64,000 nt of DNA from Podarcis filfolensis (GCA_964270895.1 OZ185446.1), one strand, 5' to 3'. Numbered from the stretch's first letter, positions 50,307-63,960 are shown. The notes: generated by a model not told the origin, from the letters alone. A program made the numbers and translations.

Positions 50307-51343
50307 GGTGGTTAATCTATTGGAAGCACCTGGAATGAATAGCTCCTGAGCACAGCGCATTTAGGGGCAGGGTAACTGTTTCCAGAGAGACCAAAACACA
50401 TGCTCCCTCAATTGCAAACCCAAACTCCAATTTCTTCTTTTTTAAAAGTGACAAATCAAGCCCCCAAACCTTGAAGCAGGAGCGCAGGGGCTCTATATAG
50501 AGAAGCCTTAACATTCATTCACATGCAAGCAGCTGTTTCCACCTTCCCCCTTTTTTCTCATCAGAAAAGCCATCTGCACCCGGCTTCCTCTGCACTGGCA
50601 CGGGCAGCAAGCAACAGCTTCCCATTTCTATTTATTTCTAAAAAGAGCCCTTTATGACAAATACCTCCCCCTAATCACCATTTCCGATAATGAACAGGCA
50701 GGCACCAAGCAGTTTGCATTACAGAGCCATCAGCACAGAACAACATTCAGAGGTGAATGACCCCAGAGACCATCTCCACAGCTACGGCAAAGCTTCTCCC
50801 TGACACTAATCCTGCCTGTCATTCTCCCACTGTGCTCTAACCACGCTGACGTCCGCCTGCTCCACCACAAGCTTAAACGGGGCCCTTCCCTGACTTTTCA
50901 CTGTCTCCCCCAATCAATGGCTCAAGCGTGCTCTTTTCACCATGTCCAAATGGCAGCTTCACTCCTAATCAGAGTGCCTTGCCCCTGTTTAACAGGCTTC
51001 CCAAAGGCTCTGCCATTTGCATTCATTTGCAAAGCAAACTACTTTTATTCACTTTGTCCTGCTATCAAGAATGCTCCCTGAAGCAGATAAATTGGCATAA
51101 ATATACAGCCTGCCGCTTAAGAAGCAGTAAATAATAGCCAATAGTGGGAAGGATTTTATCAATCATCCCCTGTTTTGTGTCCATGCATGCCTTTGTTCAC
51201 CAAATGCTGAAAATCATATCTGTGTGACTTTTTGTACAACCATAATAATTCAGGACCGGCTGTGTGGGTGGATGGAGACACAGACACACAGACGTATATA
51301 TCAATAAGGATGTACTTTTTTCTGGGGAGGAGGAAAGAAAGAA

Positions 51344-51345
<2 letters not shown>

Positions 51346-51385
<40 letters not shown>
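51346..51385. repeat. (AC)20 microsatellite
   Basis: Direct reading. Confidence 0.95.
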
Positions 51386-51388
<3 letters not shown>

Positions 51389-52332
51389 TGGTGCAGTGGG
51401 AAACTAACAGTGCTTTGGATCAGGGAAAGGCAGCCAATTTCCAGTGCAAGTAATAGAGCTTTCCGTTGCACCATGCTCCCCAACCCCCGGAAAGAGGCAC
51501 TTATAGATACTTAATGTAAAATTCACTACCAAAGTATCATGTGCTGTTGGCCAGGATCCAAAAAGCCCTTTCAGATGTGTACAATGGCTTATTACGTACT
51601 TGGTGGGATTTCGAACATCCCACTGCTCCTGTAGCAATTTGCACTATATCGGGTTTGTGAAGCTGCTATAAGATTTGGCTGGGGGCAAGGAGGGGGGAAG
51701 GGGTTGATGCTGTCAGAAAGGGAGACTCTGAAATTCTGCAGGGTCCCTTGAGCTAGGAATGTGGCTCTTGGATCTTGACCTATACCATTACCTGGAGAGT
51801 TGGCAGAAAATATGTCAAGTGTGCTTGTTGCTATTCAGCATTTCTTCAAGCAGAGATAAGTGTTCCGAGAAGTCAGTGTAAAAACAAAAGAACAGGGAGA
51901 AACTGTTTTTTCTTTTTCTTTCTATCAAAAGCTTTCAATAGCCAAACATAAGTCTAATAGTGTGAAAGTCTGCAAAGCTTTTGAACAATCTGAAACGGTG
52001 GGGAGATAGTAGGAAATGGAACAATTTCACAAATTCTCTTTCACATAGACGACATTTAAGAACACAAGAGACAGCTGCTTTGCAGCCTAGTTTCCTAACA
52101 CTAATAATTAACTGCCCATCATTACTTAAAACTTTGTATATTCAAAAGAACACGCTGAATGAAAAATTCCCCACTTTGAATTCTCGGCACAAATATTGAG
52201 CGGACAAGACTGTTTTTTTGTTAGATTTGCCTTTCCAAGTAAAAAAGTTAAGTGACAAGCAGATCCACACTGTTAAAAATAAAGTTAGGTGGTACTATCA
52301 AAGGCCAGCATTTGAAGAAGAACACATGAAGT

Positions 52333-52440
52333 CAGGGATAGGAATCCCATGGCTCTCCAGACATTGTTGGACTTCCAACTCCCCAGCCAAGGTCACCAGT
52401 GGTCAACAACTCTTAGAGGGACATAGCTTCCCGTCTCCAC
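52333..52440. mobile_element. Degenerate short hAT-type MITE
   Basis: CAGGGATAGGAATCCCATGGCTCTCCAGACATTGTTGGACTTCCAACTCCC...GAGGG. Confidence 0.55.
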
Positions 52441-53226
52441 CTAAAGTGCTTCTCCACATACTTTGGAATTGCACCAATTTCTCCTCGCAGCTGCTGCTTA
52501 TCACAGCGTGCAGGATGCCACTTCAGAGGGTCTCTGATTTACAGGGTTTGTACCCAACTGAATTATACGTAGAGCAGACCCACTGAAGTCAATGGATCTG
52601 CATTAGCCACATTCCTTAGTTCCCGTTCGTCTACTTGGAACAGGACTTATTATGGGATACAACCCCTAGAGTGTGGCTTTCGCGGTATGTGTGAGGACCC
52701 TGGGAGGAGTCTGCCACAAAAGCCCTGAGCATAAAAGCAGTCCCATGTGCTGAGCTCATAATATTTTAGAGAAAAGCCGTTCTCAGACAAAGTTCAGTCA
52801 GTGGCCTTGGGCAGTTCACTCTCTTCCCCCCACCCCAGCTTCTCTCACAAGATTGTGGAGGAGGAGATAAAATGAGAGACAGAGAGATTGCAACTTTCCC
52901 TTGAACCCTTTAGATGCAGAGGCGGAGATGCACACATACCCAAAACATTAAACTTCCCGACTTCCTTCCTTACAAACACAAATTCCTTCACTATCTGGAA
53001 GATATAATGCCAGGCCTGACTTATATATTACTTCTGAGCCCCAGGGGCTACAATCAACATACCAATAGTTAAGCAAAGCCCTCAATTTAAACTATGAGTT
53101 TCCATATTCTGAGAAGAAGGGGGAAAGTTTCTTCCAAATCTTCAACATTTCCCCCAAAAGTTAAATCATTTCATTTAAGCCAACGCTGCTAAATGGACTA
53201 GTCTGGCTATTTAGTGGGCTATGAAT

Positions 53227-53584
53227 AAAGGTAAAGGTAAAGGTACCCCTGCCCGTATGGGCCAGTCTTGGCAGACTCTAGGGTTGTGCGGTCATCTCAC
53301 TCTATAGGCCGGGAGCCAGCGCTGTCTGCAGACACTTCCGGGTCACGTGGCCAGCGTGACAAGCTGCATCTGGCAAGCCAGCGCAGCACACGGAACGCCG
53401 TTTACCTTCCCGCTGGTAAGCGGTCCCTATTTATCTACTTGCACCCGGGGGTGCTTTTGAACTGCTAGGTTGGCAGGCGCTGGGACCGAACAACGGGAGC
53501 GCACCCCACCGCGGGGATTCGAACCGCCGACCATGCGATCGGCAAGTCCTAGGCGCTGAGGTTTTACCCACAGCGCCACCTCCC
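53227..53584 (-). mobile_element. Sauria/Squam1 SINE, distinct subfamily, full length with 12-bp TSD
   Basis: TSD TGGGCTATGAAT at 53215-53226 and 53585-53596; (AAAGGT)n tail on +; GGGAGGTGGCGCTGTGGG head on -. Confidence 0.93.
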
Positions 53585-53781
53585 TGGGCTATGAATGGCT
53601 TAGGCTAAAAGATCACATTTGAATCAGGGGGCAGGAGATCTTTTAAAAGTCTATGGACAAAAGAAACATGTTTATTAGAATGCTGCTGAAAGTATTAAGT
53701 AGAACCTTGACAGCTAGGATTTAGCTATGACTGAACTGGCATAATAAACATCTACAGCACTGACAACAGGAATATAAGGAA

Positions 53782-53937
53782 GGGCTGTAGAGAATCTGCT
53801 TTGCAAGTCTGGGGTTCAACCTTGGGCTTTTCTAGGTAGGGAACCCTCTCTCTTTAATTATGGAGAATAACTGCAAATCAGTGTAGATGGAACAACGATA
53901 CTGACTCGTTATAAAGCAGCAGCTTCTATGTTCCTAG
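53782..53937 (+). mobile_element. Degenerate Squam2-type SINE
   Basis: AGAGAATCTGCTTTGCAAG..GGGGTTCAACC head; CAGTGTAGA..GACTCGTTATAAAGCAGC..CTATGTTCCT tail. Confidence 0.55.
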
Positions 53938-54183
53938 AAACACCTTTAAAAGATCTGAAGAATTCGTTCTCAAGTGATCTGTTGAACTTTGTATATTTGA
54001 ATTTACATTCAAGTAAACTTGTTCATATGTTGCTTTGATCATTTCTTACCAAAATAAATTCAGGAATAAAGAAAGCTTGTCTTTTATTTTAATCGCTAAA
54101 AGAACAGACCTCCATAACCCTGGAAGCATACACATCCACCTTCAATATACATAAACATGTACACACTCATGCGGGTGCAGGTA

Positions 54184-54186
<3 letters not shown>

Positions 54187-54224
<38 letters not shown>
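54187..54224. repeat. (AC)19 microsatellite
   Basis: Direct reading. Confidence 0.95.
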
Positions 54225-54228
<4 letters not shown>

Positions 54229-55094
54229 GGGCTTTTATTTTGTTCTTAAGGGTTGGTGAATTTACAGCTCTTCCACAACAGTAAACGGTGTCTTTAAGAT
54301 AACCCCCTGTGACTCCACTGCTATAAGCAGCTAGGAGGGTGGCAACACTGTGAATTTATTCTCCCTGTACTGCTCTGGAGCCAGAGTCAGATGAATGTGT
54401 AAGCATAAGCCTTTGCCACTTAAAACCATGTTTGTCCAATATTACTGAAACACTGGGCCAAAACTCATCTCTACAGTAGAGTGATGGAAGATGCCACATG
54501 GTGAGGGGACAGCTGTTGTGTCTACACAAGCATTCAGATTTTACATCAGAAAGACAGTGCTTTGGGATTACCTCTCCACACTGAACACAACACACTCAAA
54601 AGAAGGGGGAGGCAAACAGAGACACGAGGAATCATTTTTAACACAAAAATTAAAAACAGATTACTTTCACAGCTATAAATATTCATATCGGCTGGTCAAA
54701 TAACATTTTAAAGAAACTTACTGAACGAGATTTTTTCATACTGAATATAAGCTTTTAGCGGGGGTTTTCTTTTTGTGCTGTGCTCCCTGCTCTTATGGTT
54801 GCTCTAAATACCTTTTAAATACCACACACACACATTTCAAATATTCCAAGAAAACAGCAAATATGTTTTAAAATTTCACACACTGCCCTCTTATAACCTG
54901 TCATTTACTAACAGGTTTGCAACTGTGGGCAGCTGTAGTACAGCTGCATTTTAATAGAGAGGAAAGCGCTCTTGTTCCTGCGGTAACAATTTACAATTAA
55001 ATTTTTTTTAACTACAACACTATTTATCCACACAGAAATTTACATTCCACCTTTCTACTGTATACCTGCCAGTATATTTTTGCTCCCTCCAGTA

Positions 55095-55185
55095 CAGTCT
55101 TCCCCAACCTGGTGCTCTTCAGATGTTTTGAACTCCTGTGTTGCTTGGAGCTGATGGGAGTTGTAGTTCAAAGCAGCTACAGCCA
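55095..55185. mobile_element. Short hAT-type MITE fragment
   Basis: CAGTCTTCCCCAACCTGGTGCTCTTCAGATGTTTTGAACT...GCTGATGGGAGTTGTAGTTCAAA. Confidence 0.6.
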
Positions 55186-55807
55186 GGTGAGGTAATATTC
55201 CTGACCATTCTAACTGTTCAAGCAGAGGCCATTGCAGGAGCCAAGAGCTTGGTGAGCCCTCCTCTACGCCTTGTGCTAAGCTCCCCCCCTCCCAAAAAAA
55301 TCTGCTCCTTAATCCTAGTGCCCACATATCTTTCAGCTTTCTACAACCCTGATTTTGCCTTCTTCATCCCTATGTGGGGCACATTGCCTCCTGTCTGTGG
55401 GCTTGGTATGAGCTCTGCCTTCAACCAGATATGCTGCTTCTGCTGATAGGAAACATTCCTTGCGTGGCCACTGCTTTCAATTGTTTAAAAAAGTCTCTAG
55501 CCCCACTAGAAAGAAAGTTATGAAGCAAAATGTGTGGGCACCGGTCCTAGTCACTTCTGTGAAATGAGTCAAGCCTGACAGCAGAAATCACTGACAGGTT
55601 CACAAAGGAGTGAAGTCAGAGTTGTGACTTGGTAAGTGATTGATTGGAGACCAGTCGAGAGGAATTCCTGGAGCTCTAAAGAACTATTTCCCACTACCCT
55701 GTAAGGCAGCCCGCCCCCCCAATTCTGTCTTTCCCCCTTCTAGTCCTTAGAATCTCTGTAGTTTGCCCTTCCTTTTTCCCTAGTAACCAGCACACATCTT
55801 TCCAGTA

Positions 55808-56051
55808 CAGTGGTACCTCGGTTTATGAACTTAATTCATTCTGAAAATCCATTCTCAAACCAAAGCATTCTTAAACCGAGGTGTGCTTTCCCTGCTGAGG
55901 CCTCCCGCAGCTGGTGCCTTTCCACTGTTGTTCATCTTCCATTTGTCTTCCGAGGCAAAGTTCGCTAACTGGAACACCTACTTCCTGTTTTGCGGAGTTC
56001 GTTCACCCAATAGTTCATTAACAGGGCTGTTTGTACACTGAGGTACCACTG
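55808..56051. mobile_element. Tigger/pogo-like MITE (same family as 18704)
   Basis: TA|CAGTGGTACCTCGGTTTATGAACTTA ... GAGGTACCACTG|TA. Confidence 0.85.
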
Positions 56052-58162
56052 TAGTGGGCTTGTCTGAGATCAGGTAGTCCCTAGAAGTTATTCTATACGA
56101 GTACTACTATACAATGATTGTGGGTGGATGTGAAAAAATCTCTCCTTCCCCCAAAAGGCAAATGTAAAAACTTTGCAAAGAGTCTTAGGGACATCTGCTG
56201 GTGTGCAGGAACTAAAGAACAAACACTCATAAGAATTCACTGTATAGTTAATTTACAGTTCAATGAACTACATGGAAGTCTCTGTGTTTAAAGGGATAGC
56301 CTATGTTTTGGTTTAGGCTTAGCACTGGCGTGGGGTGGGGAGACAAGGTTCTTGTGACTTTAATAACTGTATGGGAGGCAGAAATTCATCAGGTTAAGAC
56401 TTTTTTTAGTATGGAAATACAATTATGGGGAAAGCTTCACAATGACTGTACAAGCTCTACTGGGATTCCAGAAATGAACTATTTTAATAAAATAAAATGT
56501 TTATTATGAAAACCCCACCACCAGGATTATCCCAGACTAAGAAACATAAGAGGTCCAAAGTTGATACAAAATTCAAAAAATAAAGTTTGATTGATTTTTA
56601 AAATAAAATCTCCAATCAAAGTAAGCTGCCAAACTTCACTTTGCTACTGTTTAAAAACCATCCACTCTGCTGACAGATGGTGCAGTGCATGGTTTTATTT
56701 ACACTGCAGGCAGACGAATAAAATCCAGGAGGCCAAATGAGCAGGAGACCAAAGGAGGAAGGAGGCACAGGGCTATAATTGAGATTTCATAAGGAATCGT
56801 TTAGATGTTTTTAATACACTGGAAATATGCATTAAGAGAGTGTACTATTGTATATACACTTCTAACACGAGACAATAGTATCAAAGGGTGCAGAATGATA
56901 CCGGGATTAGCAGTGTTGCCAAAACAGGAAAGACACCTGGAATTTGTCTTGGTGTTTAACCTTGGAAAAAGACAGGCATCCATGGTGCCTGGGCCTTCTT
57001 CCCATTTAAGCAGCGATAATAAAGCCCACTTCACAATGGCATTATGAGGAGGCTTGCTTGACTTGACAGGATGACCACCAGCAACAATCCAAGGGAGGCC
57101 TTGTGGGCAGGGGGTGGGACCAGGCCAGGCATAGCTTATGTCTGCTGCTAAGCATGCCCTCAGGGGCAATTAGCCAGAAGCTGTGTGTTCAGATGAAAAC
57201 AGCAGCCTCCGTACAAGTTGCTTTGGGGCAGACTTCCTCCTACACTTTGAAAAAAGGAAAGGGAAAAGCCAGCAGCTCTGCCTTGGACCCAATTCTCCAG
57301 AGCCAAATGAGGATTCCCCTGAATGCAGGCGAAACCAAATCACCAGGCCGGGGAAGTTCCTGTGCTGCAAAGCAAAAGCAAGCAGCCAGCAACTTCAGCA
57401 GATGTCTCCGAAGATATTTCCAAAGCCACTGATATATGTTTAAACTTCTGCAGGAGATTTTAAAGAAAATGGTATTGTACTCCCCCCCAAATGTTCAAGT
57501 TCAGTGTTTTGGTTTTTATTCTGTTTGAGATTTGGAGGTGCCTTTTGCTTTGGGGGGACCTTAAAAGCACAAGCAGCAAGTACAGAATTAAAAATAGTAG
57601 TTCTAAATTCCACTCGATGCAGCAGTCAGGATATTCAGTAGCTGAACAAAGTAATTCTAGCATATAGCTACTGCACAGAAGTGAAACCAACAACTGACTG
57701 TGCTTTTCTGCCACCTAATGCTCGCAATAGTTCCTCTGAATACACTAGCCGAGGTGTGCATATGCCATCAATGAACCAAACAGGCACAGGAGTTGAAAAT
57801 GGGACTCAGAATCAAAATGCTGAGATTTAGCTTTCACTTAAAGGTGGTGCAAGGGACAGGTGGGGGGGAGAGAATACTGATCCATCAGCTCTTTTCCTGA
57901 TTCCATTATGAAACAAAGTGATCAGGGCAGGAATCAGTTTGGAATCCACTTCAGATAGTGGATTACCTCAGTTCAGAGCTGTAGGCTGACACTGCACGTG
58001 ACTTCTTGCATTGTTTCATTTTCAGGCCCTTCAGATATATTGTCTGCTGGTTACAATGGATAAATCAACCAATGTTTTAAATTTGAGACAGAATATGGGT
58101 GGATGTGGGTGCACAGGCATAGGCATATCTTGAGAAGACAGAGCCAAATTTCAGGTGCACAG

Positions 58163-58175
58163 GTGTGTGTGTGTT

Positions 58176-58214
<39 letters not shown>
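58163..58214. repeat. Interrupted (GT)n microsatellite
   Basis: Direct reading. Confidence 0.9.
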
Positions 58215-58216
<2 letters not shown>

Positions 58217-61200
58217 CTCATCTAAACATTGATGGGTTGCGTGAGAACTGATGTCGCCAACTCTACTGCCTCCCAGAAATTGCCTTGTGGGCAACCTGAG
58301 TTTTCCCAACAAAAACCTGAGATAGGTGAAACTTTTATTGAAAATATTATTCTATCCAGAGATTTAGTGCCATTTGGTGCAATTGCGCTCTGTAACAGCA
58401 CTGGAGAGTGTGTGAGAGGCAGGGAGACAGACAGCCACAAAAAGAACACAGAAACAGACAGATGCTATACTAATAACATACATTCACAGACACACGGAGA
58501 CCGACAATTAATGCAAGCTCAGTCAAATGCCACTAAGGCCAGAATGAGAGATGGGCATAATGCTCTAGGCAGCCACAGACAACAGGAAGAGTAATGCAAG
58601 GATTGGAACAAGGGAAGATTGCACAAGCAAAACACAACCACCAACTTCTCCAAACCCTGCTGCTGTTCTTAAGAGTGTTAACAAGCAAAGGGCAGCAAAA
58701 AAACAGAATGCTTTCCCAATATGTTACTCTTCAGTATCCCTCCCCCAAAGCATGGTGATTGGAGAGTTCTGGTGAAGTCATTCCCTGATTTAAGTCAGAG
58801 CCGTCACTCACAAAACTACACCCCGCTTTTCTCCCTCCCTTCTCCGCTATTTTCCTTTTATGGAATGATTGCAGGAAGTTTTAGAAAAATGCATTGAGTG
58901 GGGCTTACAGCAGCAAACTACCCACTAAAGCAGGTCCAAGGATTTGGGAGCAGTCTGCTTTGGTTTCGACCACTTGCAGATCAGTTGCTGAGGTTCAGAC
59001 ATGATCCAAATACCTAAGAAGCAGCTTGCTTTGCCTTGGAACTCATGTTTTATCCAAAGCAGATGCACAGGGCTATCAGGAAGAAGCTACAAGCAACAGC
59101 AGATCTGAGTCTTCAAATCTAAGTTGCTACCAAATGCCTGTTAGCCTGGGGGGGGGGCGCAGGTCCAAAGCGGGAAAGTAGGTAGTTAATATAGCCCTCC
59201 TCTACATAGCAGAAAAGTGATTCGAATGAAGCTGAAAGTGCTGCAGGAAAGGAGAGGAGGAAAGGGTCCAGGAACCTCTTCCTTCTACTGCATTTCCACG
59301 TAAAAATCACCCCACCGATCCTTTTTACCAGATTTCTTGTGAAGTTTTTTGGCAGTAAGTGCCTGCTCTTGGTTGTATGAGATTCTGCTCCATGGACTTG
59401 AACACGCAATCCAGCAGCCTAGTGTCACTTCCTATATTCTTTGGTGTTGTGAAGTACATACTTCACAGGGAGCGTGTACACGGCGTTGTGCAAATGGACA
59501 CAGAGAAGATCAAGCCCATGCCTTCTTCATACAGGTACGCTTGCCAAAGAGGCAGGTAATCATTGCTACTTGACAGGTATACCTGCATGGGTTTGATGTT
59601 TTCAGTGCACGTTTTGAAGGTGTGCACTAAAGCAGCTTAGATCTCTACCTAACCCTCCCGTGCCCCTCCCAGTTCGCCACTGGCCCAGCAATCCTTTATT
59701 AGGCAGCGTGGATCAAAGGCTACACTCAGCAATCCCTGCCAGTCCTGGCTATGTACAGCATCTTTCACTGTCACAGATGTTATACCTGCCCTCCCCTGAA
59801 AGGTACAATTTAGCAAGCATTTTTTAATATACAAATTTGCAAGTACTAGAACAAAACTGGCTAATAACATAACAGGGTCTGCATGAAAAACCCACCCTGT
59901 TCTTTCCTTTTAAAAGAAGCAGTGGGGAAAGAGGAAGAGAGAATATGAATATGAATCCCAAACAAGTAATAAGCAATGGATTACGACAGCATAAAGAACT
60001 CATCCAGCTCTAGTGAGATGGAGAATTATTGCTTTCTCTGTCACTCAAGCTACTTTCCAGCTATCCACAACCTTATCCCAATCTAACCAGGCAGCCTAAA
60101 CTGCCTGTGACATTGCGGCATAAAAATCTCCCATTTAGTCATGTTTGATCTAGATTGGTACAACAAACATGATTGATGTGAATACAGTTTCTATGAGGAA
60201 AATCCTGCTTCTTTTTAATCTATTAAAGCAGGCATTGCAGTCACATTTTTTTTACTTTGAGGCTATTATTAATTAGGCCAATTAAGTACATATCAATTCT
60301 GACATTCCTATCTCCTGAGTATCCCCACCAAGTCTCAAGACAGAGCGTAATTAAGACGCTTATTTCTGAGCCATGCTGTTTCTGAATACTTTACAATGTT
60401 GGCCAGATTAATTTATAGTAGTTGTTTTCAATTATGTAGAATAAGCCTATTACAGCATTTTCGTTGATGGCAACTGTTTATAATGTTGATAATCATTGCC
60501 CTTGTAATATTATCCAGATCTATAGTGTGTCCACAATTATATTTGCACTGGTCCAATTTTATACGCATGCTTTATTTAGTCCTGGCTCATTCTCAGTATT
60601 TGCTGTAGTCCTGAGACAAAACTAATTTCCAAAAAAACCCCACAAAAAACCTAAGGCCAGATTCCCTTGGCAACTCATTCATCTTGTTCTTAAACCTCAT
60701 CCAAGTCAGCTACAATTGATATGCATGTGGCAGATGACAAAAAGGCTATCAGTAGGAAGAACCAGAACATATATAGATTTATTAGGATCACAAAGAAAGC
60801 CCAGTTGTGCAAATTATTAACCAGGCAAGTCTTTGCTGTGCTAAATTAGTCACCCCTGTTTACCATTTTCATATTCTCAGAATTGCAGAGGACATTACAC
60901 ACTAGCTAGCAAGCAACAAAATTATACCTTGGTATTTATTTCACAAACCCTCATTTTTCATATACGGTAAAGATGCTTATTATAGCAAGAATGAAAAAAA
61001 ATTGGCTAAATTCAGATACGGTTCTAGAAGAATAAAGTATTATTTTCAGATTAATTTAAAACGTAACTCACTGATTTCTGATCTCGTAACTGCTATTTTA
61101 AATTACTCTGTCATAATTTATTCTAAATGGAAACAAATAATAAAAAAGAGAGAGTAAAAGGTAGCAATATAAAGATCTATGCAGAGCCACAGCATACATA

Positions 61201-62180
61201 CCAAAGCACAGATACAAAAATCTACATGTCCTATTGGAAACATTTATGAACTCGCAGTGTTACTTTTTTAAAAAAGATGCAACAATCTTCAAAATTGTTT
61301 CACAAGTTCAACATGTTGGTGCTTGGATGCAGTTCAAAAGCCCAAACCAGCCAATGTTAATGTATTACTGTCACCACTTAAAAAAAGAAGCAAATGCTAT
61401 CTGTTTGTTTTCACCAAAAGGCTCTGAAATGATTCATACTAACTAGCTACTGTTTGAAAGTCCTAGGAATCCAGACACGGATGACGTGGTTTCACACAGT
61501 GAGGATTTTATACCAGGACTTGGTGTCATGGAGTCATCTGCCTGCACCTGCCATTTAAGGAAGAAGGTGGGGGCGGGGGGAGAGACTGGACAAATCAAGG
61601 AGCAAGAGGGGTCAGAAAAACCAATTTTTCCTTTGTTTGGCTTCTGCTGATTGGCTGCAGTTTTCAGCAGAAAGCATGGAGGAAAGGAGAGAGAGAACAG
61701 ACAAATCATGGATTAGAAATGTCCCCATATGAAATAATGGAAAGCACCAGCTCGTTATACAAATGCTCACCTAGTGAACAATTTCCTATGAACACACTGA
61801 GTTCAGAGAGTGGGACCTGTGTGTATAGTACCACCATCTAAGCTCATAAACCTCTAAGCCACTGGGGTGCCTTCAAGCTTTCATCCTGGGACTTGGGAAG
61901 CCACCAGCAGATTGCTGCTGGATGCAAGAGCCGGCCTCTGTCCTTGCCTTATTCCCAGTTGCACAAACCTTGGAACATGTTGCTGGAGTTCCTAGCTTGG
62001 GAAAGGTCAACCCTAGTGATCAAAAGCATCCAGACAACCTCCAGTATAAGGCAGGGAGCAAGAGAAATAGTGAATAGCAAGATGAAAACAAAACACAAAC
62101 TTAGTTTCTAGGTAGCCTTACATACTGAGCATGCCGTAAGGTTCAGCTTACATTAGCCTGGCATTATCGATGGATCTTCA

Positions 62181-62185
<5 letters not shown>

Positions 62186-62228
<43 letters not shown>

Positions 62229-62336
62229 TTATTATTTGTACCCCGCCCATCTGGCTGGGTTTCCCCAGCCACTCTGGGCGGCTTCCATAGAAACCAAAAA
62301 TACACTAAAATATCACAGATTAAAAACTTCCCTGAA
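62186..62336 (-). mobile_element. L2-type LINE 3' end with (TAA)14 tail, heavily 5'-truncated
   Basis: (TAA)14 then TTTATTATTTGTACCCCGCCCATCTGGCTGGGTTTCCCCAGCCACTCTGGGCGGCTT, as recalled for lizard L2 termini. Confidence 0.7.
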
Positions 62337-63559
62337 GTTTTCTGATCTCGACCAAAAACAGTAAAAAAAAAAATGACCTCACCTATATCTTGTGCTTCAC
62401 ATGGCCTGTCAGTTGTTCAGCACAAAACAATTATATTCATTGCTGTCTGCCTCTCCTCCAATAGACCATACCAGGCACACCTCTCCCCATCACCATTTTA
62501 GCCTGGCTATGTCCATCAAAGAAACAGTAGTTCAGCTTGGACTTAACTATTCTTTAACTCCTTTTGCATTAAAATGCAAAATGTAAGCAGCTCCCTTCCC
62601 CCTGTGCCATGAAAATGCTTTACATAGCCAGAAGAAGGATTGGAATAATGTATGGGTGTTAGGGCTGGGTTCTAGTATGAGCACAGAGCCATAAAAGTGG
62701 TTTCAGTGCTTCAAGTCACAAGAAATCCTTTGGGAGCCAAATTTACTGTGGAAAAATTCAAAATATAAGCAGCTTTTGAAGTGGCTATTATTTAGTGCTA
62801 ACAGCACGTTTTTCATACAATAGTGGATAGAGCAATGTTATTTTCTTCACTTTCAAAACATTAAAGGCATAAATCTATTTGTATATAGATTGGAGTGTAT
62901 GCTGTATTTTGCAAACAACAACAATGTAGAGAGATGTCTCCTATTGTTCTGCAAATCATAAATTCCTGATGCTGCACCAAGTGCTCAAGAGGAAAGAAAG
63001 CATCACAATTAGAAATAGTTCATAAATACTCAAGTCAATTTTAAGGAAAAGAAATTAAAAGGCAATTTTTAATTGAAAGGCCAATATAATTGGTAGCACT
63101 TAGCAGAAAGCATTAACTCATTTATTTCTGATTAGCTTCCAGGCAATTGTTTTAATTCAGAAAAGATGTGAAATACTCTTTAGTAAATTTGATTATAGGA
63201 CACTCAGGCATGCAGATCAAATAATCTATAGGTTGCATTGTGTTTGGCCTGTCGTAAGGAAGGTGCGGGTAGGCTATAGCAAGAGCAATATTTTCAAAAT
63301 GCACAAGTTCTGGTAAGTCATGCTCACTCTCCCATAAGAAAAAGTCAACATCGCCCACGTCAGTTCAACACCACCAAAATGAAACATTCACATCCCACAA
63401 AATAAATTTATTTCCCATAGGATGTGGTGATGGCTACTTGTCTGAATGGCTTTAAAATAAAAAAGAAGAACTAAACAAGGTCACAGAAGACAATACCTGC
63501 CAGCTATATAAACCACATGTGTGCTGCCTTGGGCTCCATGATGGAAGATAGGAAATGTA

Positions 63560-63960
63560 TTTTATTTATTTACTTAAAATATTTATAAACTTTATAATAT
63601 ATACATAAAATGTATAGCAGGGCTGTGTGTAGCATTATAACATACAACTACAATAACAGCAATAAAAACACAGTAAAGAACAGTCGGTTTTTTTAAAAAA
63701 AACATTTTCCAAAGGCCTGTCTGAACAGCACAGCTCTTGAAAGGAAGAAGAGATTACTTCTGCCAAACCGGCAAGGAGTGCTATGGGGCAGGATCTGTCA
63801 CACTAAAGGCTCAGTCCCTGGTAGAGTTCAAAGATCTCAGTAGTTGAGGTGGAGCATAAGGGACCCAACAGACCTTACAGGCATAAATGTAAGAAGGTGG
63901 AATCTTCATTGGCTGGATTATAAAAACAAGGACCTTTTCAGCAGCAACTCTGTGTCATTT
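63560..63960 (-). mobile_element. Possible old L2-like 3' remnant
   Basis: TTTATTTATTTA start, AAAGGCCTGTCTGAACAG motif; strongly decayed. Confidence 0.35.

Noticed and set aside
57098-57113. 16-bp identity with MLLT10 exon sequence 26459-26474
   Set aside because: About one such match is expected by chance in a 64-kb self-comparison, and it does not extend into the flanks.
334-63358. Most of the 60-146 aa ORFs in the track (e.g. 12310-12672, 28184-28624, 34453-34848, 59119-59573)
   Set aside because: They are intronic, have no recognisable domains, are often built on microsatellites or SINEs, and are expected by chance in six frames.
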